Source: an uncultured Pseudomonadota bacterium
GTDB lineage: Bacteria > Myxococcota_A > Polyangia > Fen-1088
Assembly: GCA_963737345.1 (NCBI GenBank)
Contig: CAVTSM010000009.1
Span: forward strand, 7,532-71,531
Length of the DNA: 64,000 bases
Reading direction: 5' to 3'
Below, piece after piece: positions 19,911 to 28,904 of this stretch. Under the pieces are notes generated by a model. That model ran no database searches, was not told where the DNA came from, and saw nothing but the letters and a program-made list of their open reading frames with translations. Within the stretch, counting starts at the first letter, position 1; each line of letters starts with the position of its first letter. Made by a program: the position numbers and the translations under genes.

Positions 19911-20656
19911 CCGTCATCCTCGCCTGCAGCCTTCACCCGGACGACCGGCTTGTGGAAGCGTTCGTGCGGAAGCTGTCAGACGCGAACCCGCTCTTTGTAG
20001 GTGACTTCGTCTCGCTCGCCACCCACGACGACCTCGCGTCGCCGGAGCAGGCGCTCGAGCTCGCAAGGTCGATCGCCGACAAAGGTGGACGCCCAGGCCT
20101 CGGCCTGATGGCTATCCCGATGACCTGGGCGGCCCGCTTCAATCGGGAGCCGGCCGACCTTCTCGACCCTTGCACGAATATCTCTATCGGCACCGCGATG
20201 ATGGCGTCCTTTGCGGCGGACTGCGCGGGGTCGAGGCAACACGCGAAGGCGCGAAGAGGACCGGCAAGACCGCTCTCCCGTCGAAAGCTCGGCCCGGTAA
20301 GGGGCTGCATCCTTGGGGGCTTCGAACGCGACATCGGGGTTCGGGGCTTCACGCATATCATCGCGGAGATCCCTCGTCTCCCCGTGCGCGACCTCGACGC
20401 CGACCTGCCGCCCGAGCGGTCGAGCGTGTTCGAGCGCGACGCGCCCGAGGCGCGCCCCCAGGCGCCCGTCGATCCCTCGGCTCCTACCGCCTCAGCACCA
20501 CCGCGAGCAATGTCAGACCCCGCACGACGAACCCCGAGAGCTAGCTCGACGCAGTCAGCAGCAGGAGCACGAACATCCGCCAGCCTGCCGGGCCACCCAA
20601 GGCTGCACCCAGTGGCCCCCGCGCTCCCCATTGCGGGCGCCCGCGCTCGGCCATGA
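19898..20656 (+). CDS. TrbN/VirB1-like (SLT-type transglycosylase-like) transfer protein; 3' end uncertain
   Basis: The start overlaps the traF end by 13 nt. SPEQALELARSIADKGGRPGLGLMAIPMTW...LLDPCTNISIGTAMMASF resembles the TrbN/SLT motif series; the catalytic Glu is not obvious. The last ~60 aa are P/A/R-rich and read into the remnant at 20483-20717. Confidence 0.5.
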   Translation: MDLLTVILACSLHPDDRLVEAFVRKLSDANPLFVGDFVSLATHDDLASPEQALELARSIADKGGRPGLGLMAIPMTWAARFNREPADLLDPCTNISIGTAMMASFAADCAGSRQHAKARRGPARPLSRRKLGPVRGCILGGFERDIGVRGFTHIIAEIPRLPVRDLDADLPPERSSVFERDAPEARPQAPVDPSAPTASAPPRAMSDPARRTPRASSTQSAAGARTSASLPGHPRLHPVAPALPIAGARARP

Positions 20657-20717
20657 GGTACCCGCGGTGATGGAGATGCCGCCGAAGGCGACGCCAATCG
20701 TCCCGAGGACCGCCGCG
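20483..20717 (-). pseudogene. 3'-end remnant of a paralogue of the membrane-protein gene 22616-23233
   Basis: Nucleotide similarity to 22616-22929. The shared strings include caatgtcagaccc, gcaggagcacgaacatc and ggcgggcgcccgcgctcggccatgag. Relative to the intact copy it has a ~80-nt deletion and a frame change. It ends 9 bp from the stop of the DGQHR gene. Confidence 0.65.
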
Positions 20718-20726
20718 GGCGGCGGA

Positions 20727-21866
20727 TCAGTCTTGGGCCATGCGTGCTGCGCGTCCGACGGCGTTGATCCCCGCGATACGGCCGAGTTCACGGTGGATGC
20801 GCGCGACGCGCTCGACCTGCCCTTTGGCCGGGAACCGTTCGTAGAATCCCTCGCTGCGGAATGTCCTGACCTCCGCCGTCCAGGGGGAGAGCTTCCGTTC
20901 CCACCGCTTGACGCGTCCCTCTTCGGGCTCGGCATCCGCGTGAGCGAGGTCAGCGCAGATCCGCAGCATCGCCTTCAGTGTCACGGGACGCGTGATCATG
21001 TAGCTCTGGCTACCCCAGGCATTGCCCCAGACCTTCTCAGCGGCCTTCAGGAAGTCCCGCACCGTCTCGTAAAGACGGGTCTTAAGCGCCCGGGGTGTTC
21101 CCTGCTTCTTGAGTGCCTTCCAGTCCGCGGACACCCAGCGGTGGATTTCGTTGAAGAGTTCGGCCTGCAGGATCCATTTCTGCTGCTGGCTGCGGCCGCC
21201 CAGGCGGTTGATACGATAACGGAGCGGGCTGTCGCCCTCGGCGTAGAGGCTCCCGACCACCTGGGCCGCGAGCCGCTTGTCGGGCGCCGACCAGGAGACG
21301 CGCTCGTACAGATCGACGAGGTGGCTTTTGTTGATGCGGGTCGGGGTCGAGTTGATGATCACGAACATCTCGGTGGCGAAGTCTTCGCTCTTCCCGTCGA
21401 AGATCACGCAGGGTACGTGTAGTCCGTGCGCGTCGTCGGGGCGCTCTTTCTGGAAGAAATACAGGGCCGCCAGCCGATGCTGGCCGTCGATGATCAGGTA
21501 CTTCTCTCGCGGGCTCTCCAGGTTCCCGACATTCTCGAACTTTCCAAGTGGCTCGAACCCGAGCCTCTCAGGTGTGAAAAGTAGGACGGTCCCTGGGATC
21601 GGGGGCTGGCTGACCGCCGTCTCGTAGAAGTTCTTGATCGCGGCGACCTTCGCCTTCGATAGATCGCGCTGAAACGCGGTATCAGTGCGCTCGATTCGGG
21701 AAATGAAGTGGGCAACGTCGTCGGTTGGGTCGACCTCGGCCGGTGCGATTTGGCCCTCATCCGCGTAGAAGCGACTGATGAACTGGACCTTCTCCAGCAG
21801 ATCTTCGGTCGGGTACGACACGAAATAGAACACGCTGTCCTTCTGTCGAACCTGGGTCGCGAGCAT
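20727..21866 (-). CDS. DGQHR-domain protein (DndB-like, ParB-fold superfamily)
   Basis: 379-aa ORF. YLIIDGQHRLAALYFF is the eponymous DGQHR motif, followed by FVIINSTPTRINKSHLVDL as in that family. No dnd, ssp or dpd partner genes are nearby. Confidence 0.8.
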   Translation of the reverse strand: MLATQVRQKDSVFYFVSYPTEDLLEKVQFISRFYADEGQIAPAEVDPTDDVAHFISRIERTDTAFQRDLSKAKVAAIKNFYETAVSQPPIPGTVLLFTPERLGFEPLGKFENVGNLESPREKYLIIDGQHRLAALYFFQKERPDDAHGLHVPCVIFDGKSEDFATEMFVIINSTPTRINKSHLVDLYERVSWSAPDKRLAAQVVGSLYAEGDSPLRYRINRLGGRSQQQKWILQAELFNEIHRWVSADWKALKKQGTPRALKTRLYETVRDFLKAAEKVWGNAWGSQSYMITRPVTLKAMLRICADLAHADAEPEEGRVKRWERKLSPWTAEVRTFRSEGFYERFPAKGQVERVARIHRELGRIAGINAVGRAARMAQD

Positions 21867-22072
21867 GCGGCGATGTTACCCGCAACCCGTTGCCGTCGTC
21901 ACCGACGCTGAACAAGGGCTGAGAGATGGTCGAAGCGCGGCCCGATTTAGGGCGGCCCGGGAGGTCACCGAGGACGGGGGACGGACCGGGCTGCGATTAC
22001 GCGAAGGACTTATCGTGGACGGGGATCGCGCGTCGGACGAACCAGGCGCCACGACCCCCGGCGGTCAAGCAA

Positions 22073-22450
22073 TTAGGCCGCCTTGAGCTTCTTCGCTTTC
22101 CGCGCCTGGCGATACTTCTTGATCTGGGTCTTGGGTACGTCCTTGTGCTTCGAGCAAACCATCCCAAAGACTGGAGCAGCCGGATTCTTGCAGCCCGGCA
22201 CCGGGCACAGTTGCTTGGGCCCTTTTCGGCGCGCTTTTCGAAACGCGCCGAGGTCGGTGATCTTGGCAGGCCGGCCCGGAGCGCGTCTGCCGATACCGAG
22301 TGCGCTCTCGACCGCGACACGAGCGCGGTCCTGGGTCTGGCGATCGAGAAGATCCGCGAGTTGGTTGGCGAATGAATCGATGAGCGAGCGAATTGCGTCC
22401 ATTGCCGGGCGATACCATTCGATGGTTCCGCAATCAAGCGAAATGTCCAA
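22073..22450 (-). CDS. Small basic putative DNA-binding protein
   Basis: 125-aa ORF (ATG 22402 is an alternative start). Coiled-coil-like N-terminus and a K/R-rich C-terminus with a CPVPGC...CSKH cluster. Co-oriented, 206 bp upstream of the DGQHR gene. Confidence 0.45.
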   Translation of the reverse strand: MDISLDCGTIEWYRPAMDAIRSLIDSFANQLADLLDRQTQDRARVAVESALGIGRRAPGRPAKITDLGAFRKARRKGPKQLCPVPGCKNPAAPVFGMVCSKHKDVPKTQIKKYRQARKAKKLKAA

Positions 22451-22615
22451 ATCCGTGCCACGACTTCAACTGATGGTGCAGGCACAAACTGACCTACAAA
22501 GTGCCACCTGGCGGGCCGATCTCGATGGGCGGCGTCACAATGGCGCGTGTCGCCGTGAACTCAAACCATCATCAATGATGCGAGGCACGAGCGCAGAAGA
22601 CCGGTTCCTTTGTTA

Positions 22616-23233
22616 CTACCGTCTCAGCGCAACCGCGAGCAATGTCAGACCCACCGCGATTGTCCCAGTCGACAGCGCGACTAGCACCCAGCCCACCGCC
22701 CGCACCCGCAGAGGATGGCTGGAGTGGGTGGCGCGCCAGCCCGCCCGCAGCCAACTTGATGCCGCCGGCAGCAGGAGCACGAACATCAGCCAGCCCGCCG
22801 GAGCACCCAGGGCCACACCCAGCGCTCCCCGAGCTCCCCATGGCGGGCGCCCGCGCTCGGCCATGAGATACCCCGCGGCCATGCAGATGCCACCGAAGCC
22901 GACGCCAATCGCTCCGACGAACGCCGCGAGCTGCGGGTTCCATGTCGCTGTAGCGGAGATTGAGGGGGCCCGCGACCGCCCCGAGCTTGGTCCGGCGCCG
23001 AGTCTCCGCAGCTCCCCGATGGCCTTGCGCGTTTCAGCGCCAATCTTCTCGGGAATGACCGTGTAGAGCTGGAGGTGATAGTCGAGGGCGATCATGACGT
23101 CCCAGATTGCGTCCGCCGAACGGATCCCGAGCGCGTCGCGAACCTTCGCCAGTCGCTGGCGCTCCGCTTCGGTCGGCAGCCGCCCCATCAGCGTCTTGAA
23201 CGCGTCGTCCGGGAGCACCTGGGCCTCACCCAT
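22616..23233 (-). CDS. Membrane protein in the traM position of an IncP-like leader operon
   Basis: 205-aa ORF overlapping the upstream ParA-like gene by 8 nt. Soluble N-terminal half and hydrophobic C-terminal segments (AAFVGAIGVGFGGICMAAG, WLMFVLLLPAA, VGWVLVALSTGTIAVGLTLLAVAL). Confidence 0.55.
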   Translation of the reverse strand: MGEAQVLPDDAFKTLMGRLPTEAERQRLAKVRDALGIRSADAIWDVMIALDYHLQLYTVIPEKIGAETRKAIGELRRLGAGPSSGRSRAPSISATATWNPQLAAFVGAIGVGFGGICMAAGYLMAERGRPPWGARGALGVALGAPAGWLMFVLLLPAASSWLRAGWRATHSSHPLRVRAVGWVLVALSTGTIAVGLTLLAVALRR

Positions 23234-23912
23234 CGATGATTTCCGCCATCACGCGTGCGACGGCGCTCCTCCATCGGCGGAGCTCGGCTCGATTGCCGAT
23301 CGGGAGCTTGTCCGCCGCGGCCGCGATGGTCATTCGCTCCTTGTAGAGATCGTCGGCCACTCGATCCGCGAGGTCGGGGAAGCTCACCGACTTGCCTCCG
23401 GTGCTCTCGACTCGGGGACGCAGCGTCTTTGACGCCGCATAGAGCTCGAATTTACTTTCGTCACCGAAGTAGAGGTTCCGGAGCACGTGGACCCGAGACT
23501 TGGGCATCGACTCCATGAAATCGGCCAAGAGCTCCAGGCTGTCGCGCTGTCGATTGATGGCCCACAGCGCGACGAGCGAGCGATCGAGCTCGCCCAGTGA
23601 CTCACCGAGCGTCGTGCCGAACTTCGCCACGCCGGTGTTACTCCGAGCGGCAGTGTTGACGATGACGATCCTGTCCGGGTGGGTGTCGCACGCATTGACG
23701 AGCCCGATCCACCCGTCGACTTCGTCGAGATCGAGGAGTTGACACCCGATCGTGTCTCGGTACACCTTCCACACGTCGGGGTTGCTCGTGTCCGACTCGA
23801 TGAGCAGGGGCGTCGACTTTCGTGACATGAGGTAGTCGACGAGAGCCATGCTGACGATCGACTTCCCCACGCCGCCCTTGGCTCCGCCTATCCAGTAGAT
23901 GTTGGGTTTCAT
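23226..23912 (-). CDS. ParA/MinD-like P-loop ATPase (IncP TraL-like)
   Basis: ORF to 23945; ATG 23912 is preceded by GAGGAG. Deviant Walker A IGGAKGGVGKS, and a size (228 aa) and position matching TraL. Confidence 0.8.
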   Translation of the reverse strand: MKPNIYWIGGAKGGVGKSIVSMALVDYLMSRKSTPLLIESDTSNPDVWKVYRDTIGCQLLDLDEVDGWIGLVNACDTHPDRIVIVNTAARSNTGVAKFGTTLGESLGELDRSLVALWAINRQRDSLELLADFMESMPKSRVHVLRNLYFGDESKFELYAASKTLRPRVESTGGKSVSFPDLADRVADDLYKERMTIAAAADKLPIGNRAELRRWRSAVARVMAEIIDG

Positions 23913-23922
23913 GTGTAACTCC

Positions 23923-24363
23923 TCAGATATCCTTCGTGTCTTCACGGGGGACGAACGTGCCCGGGTCGCGTGGCGGCTTCGGAGACTCGCGCGGCTCGTC
24001 GCCGTTGACTCCGGCCGTCAGCTCGGCTCGACGGGGTGGGATCACCGGTTGACTCGAGGGTTGACTCGGCCGGCGCGGAGCGGCCTCTTTCGTTGACCGG
24101 CGGGTCTTCGTTCTTGACGTCACCCCCCGTTTCCAGAGGACCGTCTTGAGCGATCCGGCGGTCACTCGGCACCCTTCGCTGGAGACCAGCTCGGCGACTT
24201 CTTTCCAGGAGTAGCCGCGCTTGCGCAGGCCGAGGATCTCGTCGGTCATCCGCGCGATTGCTTCGAGCCGAGTGACTTTGCGTTCGGTCCCGTCCTTTTC
24301 GGGGATCGCGGCGAGGCGCTCCCGAATGGCGTCCACCGTGGCGACTGTCAGAGGCATCGCCAT
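23923..24363 (-). CDS. Putative relaxosome accessory DNA-binding protein (traK position)
   Basis: 146-aa ORF divergent from the relaxase gene. HTH-like segment (GYSWKEVAELVSSEGCRVTAGSLKTVLWKR) and a basic, Pro-rich tail. Confidence 0.45.
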   Translation of the reverse strand: MAMPLTVATVDAIRERLAAIPEKDGTERKVTRLEAIARMTDEILGLRKRGYSWKEVAELVSSEGCRVTAGSLKTVLWKRGVTSRTKTRRSTKEAAPRRPSQPSSQPVIPPRRAELTAGVNGDEPRESPKPPRDPGTFVPREDTKDI

Positions 24364-24594
24364 TGACTCGGGCGATCACGTCTCGAGTTGCGGCTGGAGA
24401 CTTCGACCGCAACGACTGGCTGACCGGGCCGAGTGGCTGTCGTGTTTCTGATTGGGACGACTGAAGGGCAAGATAAAAAGGCAATCACCTGCGGCGCTAT
24501 GTGTGCGTGGCGCTTGGGTCTTTTGTGATGTCTGGGTTAGCGGCGGGAATCACTTCGCGACCGGAACTGCGCGTATTGCCACGCGTTCTTCTGA

Positions 24595-26331
24595 TTGCTG
24601 GCCGTCGGAGGCATCGCCGTGTCCGACGGTGAACGTCGAAATCGGGACGAGCTGCGGCCGCGCATCGGGGCACGTGGCGGTCAAGTGCCGCAGGAGCGGG
24701 TCCCCCGGTTCCGCAACGGCCTGCTCGCCCGGATAGCCCGCATTGGCCGGGACTCAGGTGCGTCGTCATCTCGGCCGCTCGGCACGTCGTCAGCCCGCGA
24801 TGTTCCGCGCCCTGGCCCGTTCGCGCGCCGCTGTGTCATCAAAGCGCGCTTCGTTCCGATGAATGCTTACGGCAAGCGCGCAGCGGCCTTGCACCTCCCT
24901 TACATCGAACGCGACGGCGTCGAGGAGGACGGTTCCGCCGGTCGCGTCTATGGCGCAGCCGAGGTGTCTGACGTGCGGGCAGCGTTGAGCGCGCCGCTGG
25001 AGGGCGAGAAGCGCCAGTTTCGCTTCATCGTGTCACCCGAGGATGGAGCCGAGGTGGACCTGCACGCCTTCACGCGCCGACTGATGGCCCAGGTCCAGGC
25101 CGACCTCGGTCGCGTGCTGGTGTGGGGCGCCGTGAACCACTGGAACACCGACAACCCCCACGTCCACCTGATCGTGCGCGGAATCGACGAAGACGGTCAC
25201 GACGTCACCATCGACGGCCGGTACCTATCCGAAGGCATGCGGAGCCGCGCCCAAACCATCCTCACGAACGAGCTCGGCCCGCGCACGCAGGTCGACGTTC
25301 AGAATCAGCTCGCGCGCGAGGTCAGCCAGGAGCGATTCACATCACTCGACCGGGTACTCCAGGCGTGCGAGCAGGCTGGCGGCGTCCTCGTCGAGAGCCG
25401 GTTGCCCCGGCACGGTCGCATTCCGGCCGCGAAGTTGGCGGCACGGGTTGGACAGCTGGAGCGGCTCGGGCTTGCGACGCGGCTATCACCCGGAGCGTGG
25501 CGGCTCGCCCCCGGGTGGGCCGATACCCTGCGCGGCCTCGGCCAGGCGAAAGACATCGTCAAGCGCATGGCAGACGCAGTGGCCGCCCCAGATCCCTCAC
25601 GCTTCGTCGTGGTCGACGAATCGGGAACGCTCGCCCCCGTAGATGGTGTCGTGCGGGCGAAGGGCCTGCATGACGAGCTTGCGGGCCGTGTGTACGCCGT
25701 GGTCGAGGGCGTCGACGGGCGAGTCTTCTACGCACCCATCGATGTCGCAGCGGCAGAGAAGATCGGGGAGGGTGACGTCGTCCGTCTCGCGATCGAACGA
25801 CCGCCCGGCGCCGAGCCCAAGGGGCCGGCGCGCGCTCGCATTCGGGTCCAGCGGTTGAGCCCGCCGCTTCGCGAACAGGTCTCCTATCGCGGTCCGACAT
25901 GGCTCGATGCGATTGACGCCAACCTAGCCAGCGGCGGCTTCGGGCTCGAGATCTCCTTGGCCCTCGCTCGGCGGAAGGCAAACCCCAGAGCTATCGGAGT
26001 CGACGTCGCAGATCGAGCGAGTCTCAATGCCCGGCTGGTCGCCTTGGAAGCGCGTGCTCTGGGGACTCGGCTCGCGGCCGAGCGCGGCCTGGTCATGACC
26101 GATCACTCCGATGGGCTCGCGGGCCACCTAGCGCTCGCGCCGAGGCTGCCCTCCGGCCGGCAATACGCGATCGTTACGGACGAACGCTCGAAGCGCTTGT
26201 GGGTGCTGCCAGCCAGCAAGCAGCTTCGGCTGCTGGACGGGCACGACGTCGAGGGTGGCCGCGCGCCGGACGGTCGCCTGGTCATCTCGCGTGTGGGTCT
26301 CGGGCGCCGGCGTCCGGGCCCGGAGCGCTGA
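24595..26331 (+). CDS. Conjugative relaxase (VirD2/TraI-type with a DUF3363-like C-terminal region)
   Basis: His-triad motif NHWNTDNPHVHLIVRG (about 25135-25176), FRFIVSPEDG, and YIERDGV near the N-terminus. GTG 24619 is an alternative start to the TTG at 24595. Confidence 0.85.
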   Translation: MLAVGGIAVSDGERRNRDELRPRIGARGGQVPQERVPRFRNGLLARIARIGRDSGASSSRPLGTSSARDVPRPGPFARRCVIKARFVPMNAYGKRAAALHLPYIERDGVEEDGSAGRVYGAAEVSDVRAALSAPLEGEKRQFRFIVSPEDGAEVDLHAFTRRLMAQVQADLGRVLVWGAVNHWNTDNPHVHLIVRGIDEDGHDVTIDGRYLSEGMRSRAQTILTNELGPRTQVDVQNQLAREVSQERFTSLDRVLQACEQAGGVLVESRLPRHGRIPAAKLAARVGQLERLGLATRLSPGAWRLAPGWADTLRGLGQAKDIVKRMADAVAAPDPSRFVVVDESGTLAPVDGVVRAKGLHDELAGRVYAVVEGVDGRVFYAPIDVAAAEKIGEGDVVRLAIERPPGAEPKGPARARIRVQRLSPPLREQVSYRGPTWLDAIDANLASGGFGLEISLALARRKANPRAIGVDVADRASLNARLVALEARALGTRLAAERGLVMTDHSDGLAGHLALAPRLPSGRQYAIVTDERSKRLWVLPASKQLRLLDGHDVEGGRAPDGRLVISRVGLGRRRPGPER

Positions 26332-26373
26332 CGACCGCACGGACTCCCCGCAACTGCCGACCCAGCCGGTCGA

Positions 26374-28443
26374 ATGACTCTCAGGTCAATGTCGGTCACC
26401 ACGAAGCAGCGGGCTCTGCGGTTGTCCCTGGGGGGCCTCCTGATGGTCACCTCGGGTCTGACCATATCCACGCAGTACGTCGCGAGCCGCCTCGGTTACC
26501 ACCGGCACCTCGGGAGACCGTTGACGGACATCATCGGCCGCCCTTTCTACGCCCCCTGGGCTTGGCTCGAATGGGACGATCGCCTGCATCGGTTCGCCCC
26601 TGGTGTTTTCGCCACGGCGAGCCTCATCACCTACGGCACGCTGGTGGCGGTGTTGGGCCCGCTGGTGGCCCTCGCCTTCACAAGAAGTCGGGGCTCGCGG
26701 GAGAGCACGTCGCATGGGTCGGCGCGGTGGGGGACGACGCGGGAGCTTCGGGATGGCGGGCTGCTCGGGTCCGAGGGCGTTGTCCTCTGCCAGACTGCCG
26801 AGGCGCGCTTCTCGTCCTCTCTCGACGAACGCGGCGCGCTGAAGTGGAACATGAACCGCCTGGGTCATCTGGTGCGGCACGACGGCCCTGAGCACGTCTT
26901 CATCTTCGCACCGACCCGATCTGGCAAGGGGATCGGCATCGTGATGCCAACCCTGTTCGGGTGGGGGCAGTCGGCCCTCATCTACGACATCAAGAAGGAG
27001 CTGTGGAGCCTGACCGCGGGCTACCGGAGGAAGTTCTCGTACTGCTGGCGCTTCGAGCCGACCGCCCCCGACTCGGTCCGGTTCAATCCCCTCTACGAGA
27101 TCAGGCGTGGCGACAACGAGGTCCGCGATGCGCAGGTCATCGCGGACATTCTCGTCGACCCGGACGGTGCCGGGACGAAATGGGACCACTGGCAGACCAC
27201 GGCGCATGCGTTGCTGGTGGGCGCGATCCTGCACGTCCTCTACGCCGAGGCGGACAAGACGCTGAGCGGCGTGGCGGCCTTTCTCGCTGATCCGAGCCGA
27301 TCGCAGTTCCAGACCCTTCAGCGAATGCTGACCGCGCACCACCTTCCCAACGGTCCACATCCCGTCGTCGCGCAAGTGGCGCGCAGCATGATGAACAAGG
27401 CGGATAACGAATTGTCCGGCGTCGTATCGACCGCGACGAGTTGCCTGGATCTGTTCCGCGATCCTCTGGTGGCTCGCGCCACGAGCACCAGTGACTTTCG
27501 GATTGCCGATCTCATGAACCTGGATCACCCGGTCAGCCTGTATTTAGTGGTGCCTCCAAGCGACTTGAGCCGACTCCGTCGCCTCATCCGGCTGGTCCTC
27601 AACCAGGTCGGGCGGCGGCTGACCGAGCGCATGGAATTCGGTCCGGGTGCGTCGGCCCCCAAGACCCGCTTTCTCGCGGCGCTCCGGGCGGCCATCGCGC
27701 GACCCAGCCCGGCAAACCCTTCGGAGTCGCCCAACAAGGGATACCGGCACAGGCTGCTGCTCCTCATCGACGAGTTCACCTCGCTTGGAAAGCTCGACTT
27801 CTTCGAGAACCAGCTCGCGTTCTGCGCGGGCTACGGGCTCAAGTGCTTCATGGTCGCGCAGAGCCTCAACCAGCTTCAGAAGACCTACGGCGAGAAGAAC
27901 TCTATTCTCGACAATTCCCACATTCGAGTGACGTACGCGGCGAACGACGAGATGACGGCTCGGCGGATCAGCGACCTCGTCGGCCAGGCGACCGTGACCA
28001 AGCGCCAGAAGAGCTTCTCGGCGGCCAAGTTCCTGGCCGGTCGCTCGGTCAGCGAGTCGGAGCAGGAGTTCGCCAGGCCGCTTCTCACGCCGGACGAGGT
28101 TCTCCGGCTCCCGTTCGAGGAGGCCATCCTCCTCGTCTCGGGCATGCCCCCGTATCGGGCGAAGAAGCTGATGTACTACCTCGATCGGCGCTTCAGCGCG
28201 CGGGCTGGCCTGCCGTGTCCGGACGGCGCGCGCGAGCAGCGGGCGCAGCTGCCGAGACGGGCCGGGCCCGTATCGGAGTGGGCGGCATTCGTTCCAAAGC
28301 CCCCGGCGGCTCCGCCGCCACCCCCACCGGCTCCGATCGACACAGCCGAGCCTGAGTCTGACGGGAGTGATGGGGTACTCGCGGCGGTATTGGAAGACCT
28401 CGATCAGGAGGACGTCGAAGTGTCGCTGGAGCGCCCGTCGTGA
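26374..28443 (+). CDS. traG: Type IV coupling protein TraG/VirD4
   Basis: 689-aa ORF with N-terminal TM segments, Walker A FAPTRSGKGIG and Walker B HRLLLLIDEF. Typical position after the relaxase. Confidence 0.9.
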   Translation: MTLRSMSVTTKQRALRLSLGGLLMVTSGLTISTQYVASRLGYHRHLGRPLTDIIGRPFYAPWAWLEWDDRLHRFAPGVFATASLITYGTLVAVLGPLVALAFTRSRGSRESTSHGSARWGTTRELRDGGLLGSEGVVLCQTAEARFSSSLDERGALKWNMNRLGHLVRHDGPEHVFIFAPTRSGKGIGIVMPTLFGWGQSALIYDIKKELWSLTAGYRRKFSYCWRFEPTAPDSVRFNPLYEIRRGDNEVRDAQVIADILVDPDGAGTKWDHWQTTAHALLVGAILHVLYAEADKTLSGVAAFLADPSRSQFQTLQRMLTAHHLPNGPHPVVAQVARSMMNKADNELSGVVSTATSCLDLFRDPLVARATSTSDFRIADLMNLDHPVSLYLVVPPSDLSRLRRLIRLVLNQVGRRLTERMEFGPGASAPKTRFLAALRAAIARPSPANPSESPNKGYRHRLLLLIDEFTSLGKLDFFENQLAFCAGYGLKCFMVAQSLNQLQKTYGEKNSILDNSHIRVTYAANDEMTARRISDLVGQATVTKRQKSFSAAKFLAGRSVSESEQEFARPLLTPDEVLRLPFEEAILLVSGMPPYRAKKLMYYLDRRFSARAGLPCPDGAREQRAQLPRRAGPVSEWAAFVPKPPAAPPPPPPAPIDTAEPESDGSDGVLAAVLEDLDQEDVEVSLERPS

Positions 28444-28904
28444 AGCAGCATCGCGTTCAGCGGCACCCGTGGATCGACCTCGATCTCGCGCGGCAGCTCA
28501 AGACGTACTGCGCGGCTCGGCGCGCCACCGAAACTTCCGTCTTCAATGCGGCGCTTCGCGACTACTTCGCGGACGCGAAGGACTCGACGCTCGTCATGCG
28601 CCGGCTGGACCGCAATGACCGAGCGGTCGCTGTCGTTCGCCAGACGGTGGACCTGCTCTCTGAAACGGTCATCGCCTTCGTGCAGTCGTATTTCATCAAC
28701 ACGCCGGAGATGCCGGAGCCCCAGCGCAAGCTGGCGGCGACGAACGCGCGGCGGCGACTCGACGACCTGCTCGACGGGGCCGCGCGTCGCTACGCCGGTG
28801 GGGCGCGGATTCTCGACGTGCTTCCGAAGGATGAGGTCGGGGATGCCGAGGAGCTCGCGGCGGCGGCACGCCTCGCGGCGGGGCAGGGGAGCTCGCGTCC
28901 ATGA
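28440..28904 (+). CDS. CopG/ribbon-helix-helix family protein
   Basis: GTGA overlap with traG and ATGA overlap with trbB. RHH-like N-terminus (IDLDLARQLKTYCAARRATETSVFNAALRDYF). Same position as the copG-like gene of Tn4371-type elements. Confidence 0.7.
   Translation: MKQHRVQRHPWIDLDLARQLKTYCAARRATETSVFNAALRDYFADAKDSTLVMRRLDRNDRAVAVVRQTVDLLSETVIAFVQSYFINTPEMPEPQRKLAATNARRRLDDLLDGAARRYAGGARILDVLPKDEVGDAEELAAAARLAAGQGSSRP

Noticed and set aside
20313-21422. 369-aa plus-strand ORF opposite the DGQHR gene
   Set aside because: Low-complexity composition and no motifs, while the minus-strand frame contains the DGQHR signature.
26386-27528. 380-aa minus-strand ORF opposite traG
   Set aside because: Shadow ORF; the plus frame has the TraG Walker motifs and TM segments.
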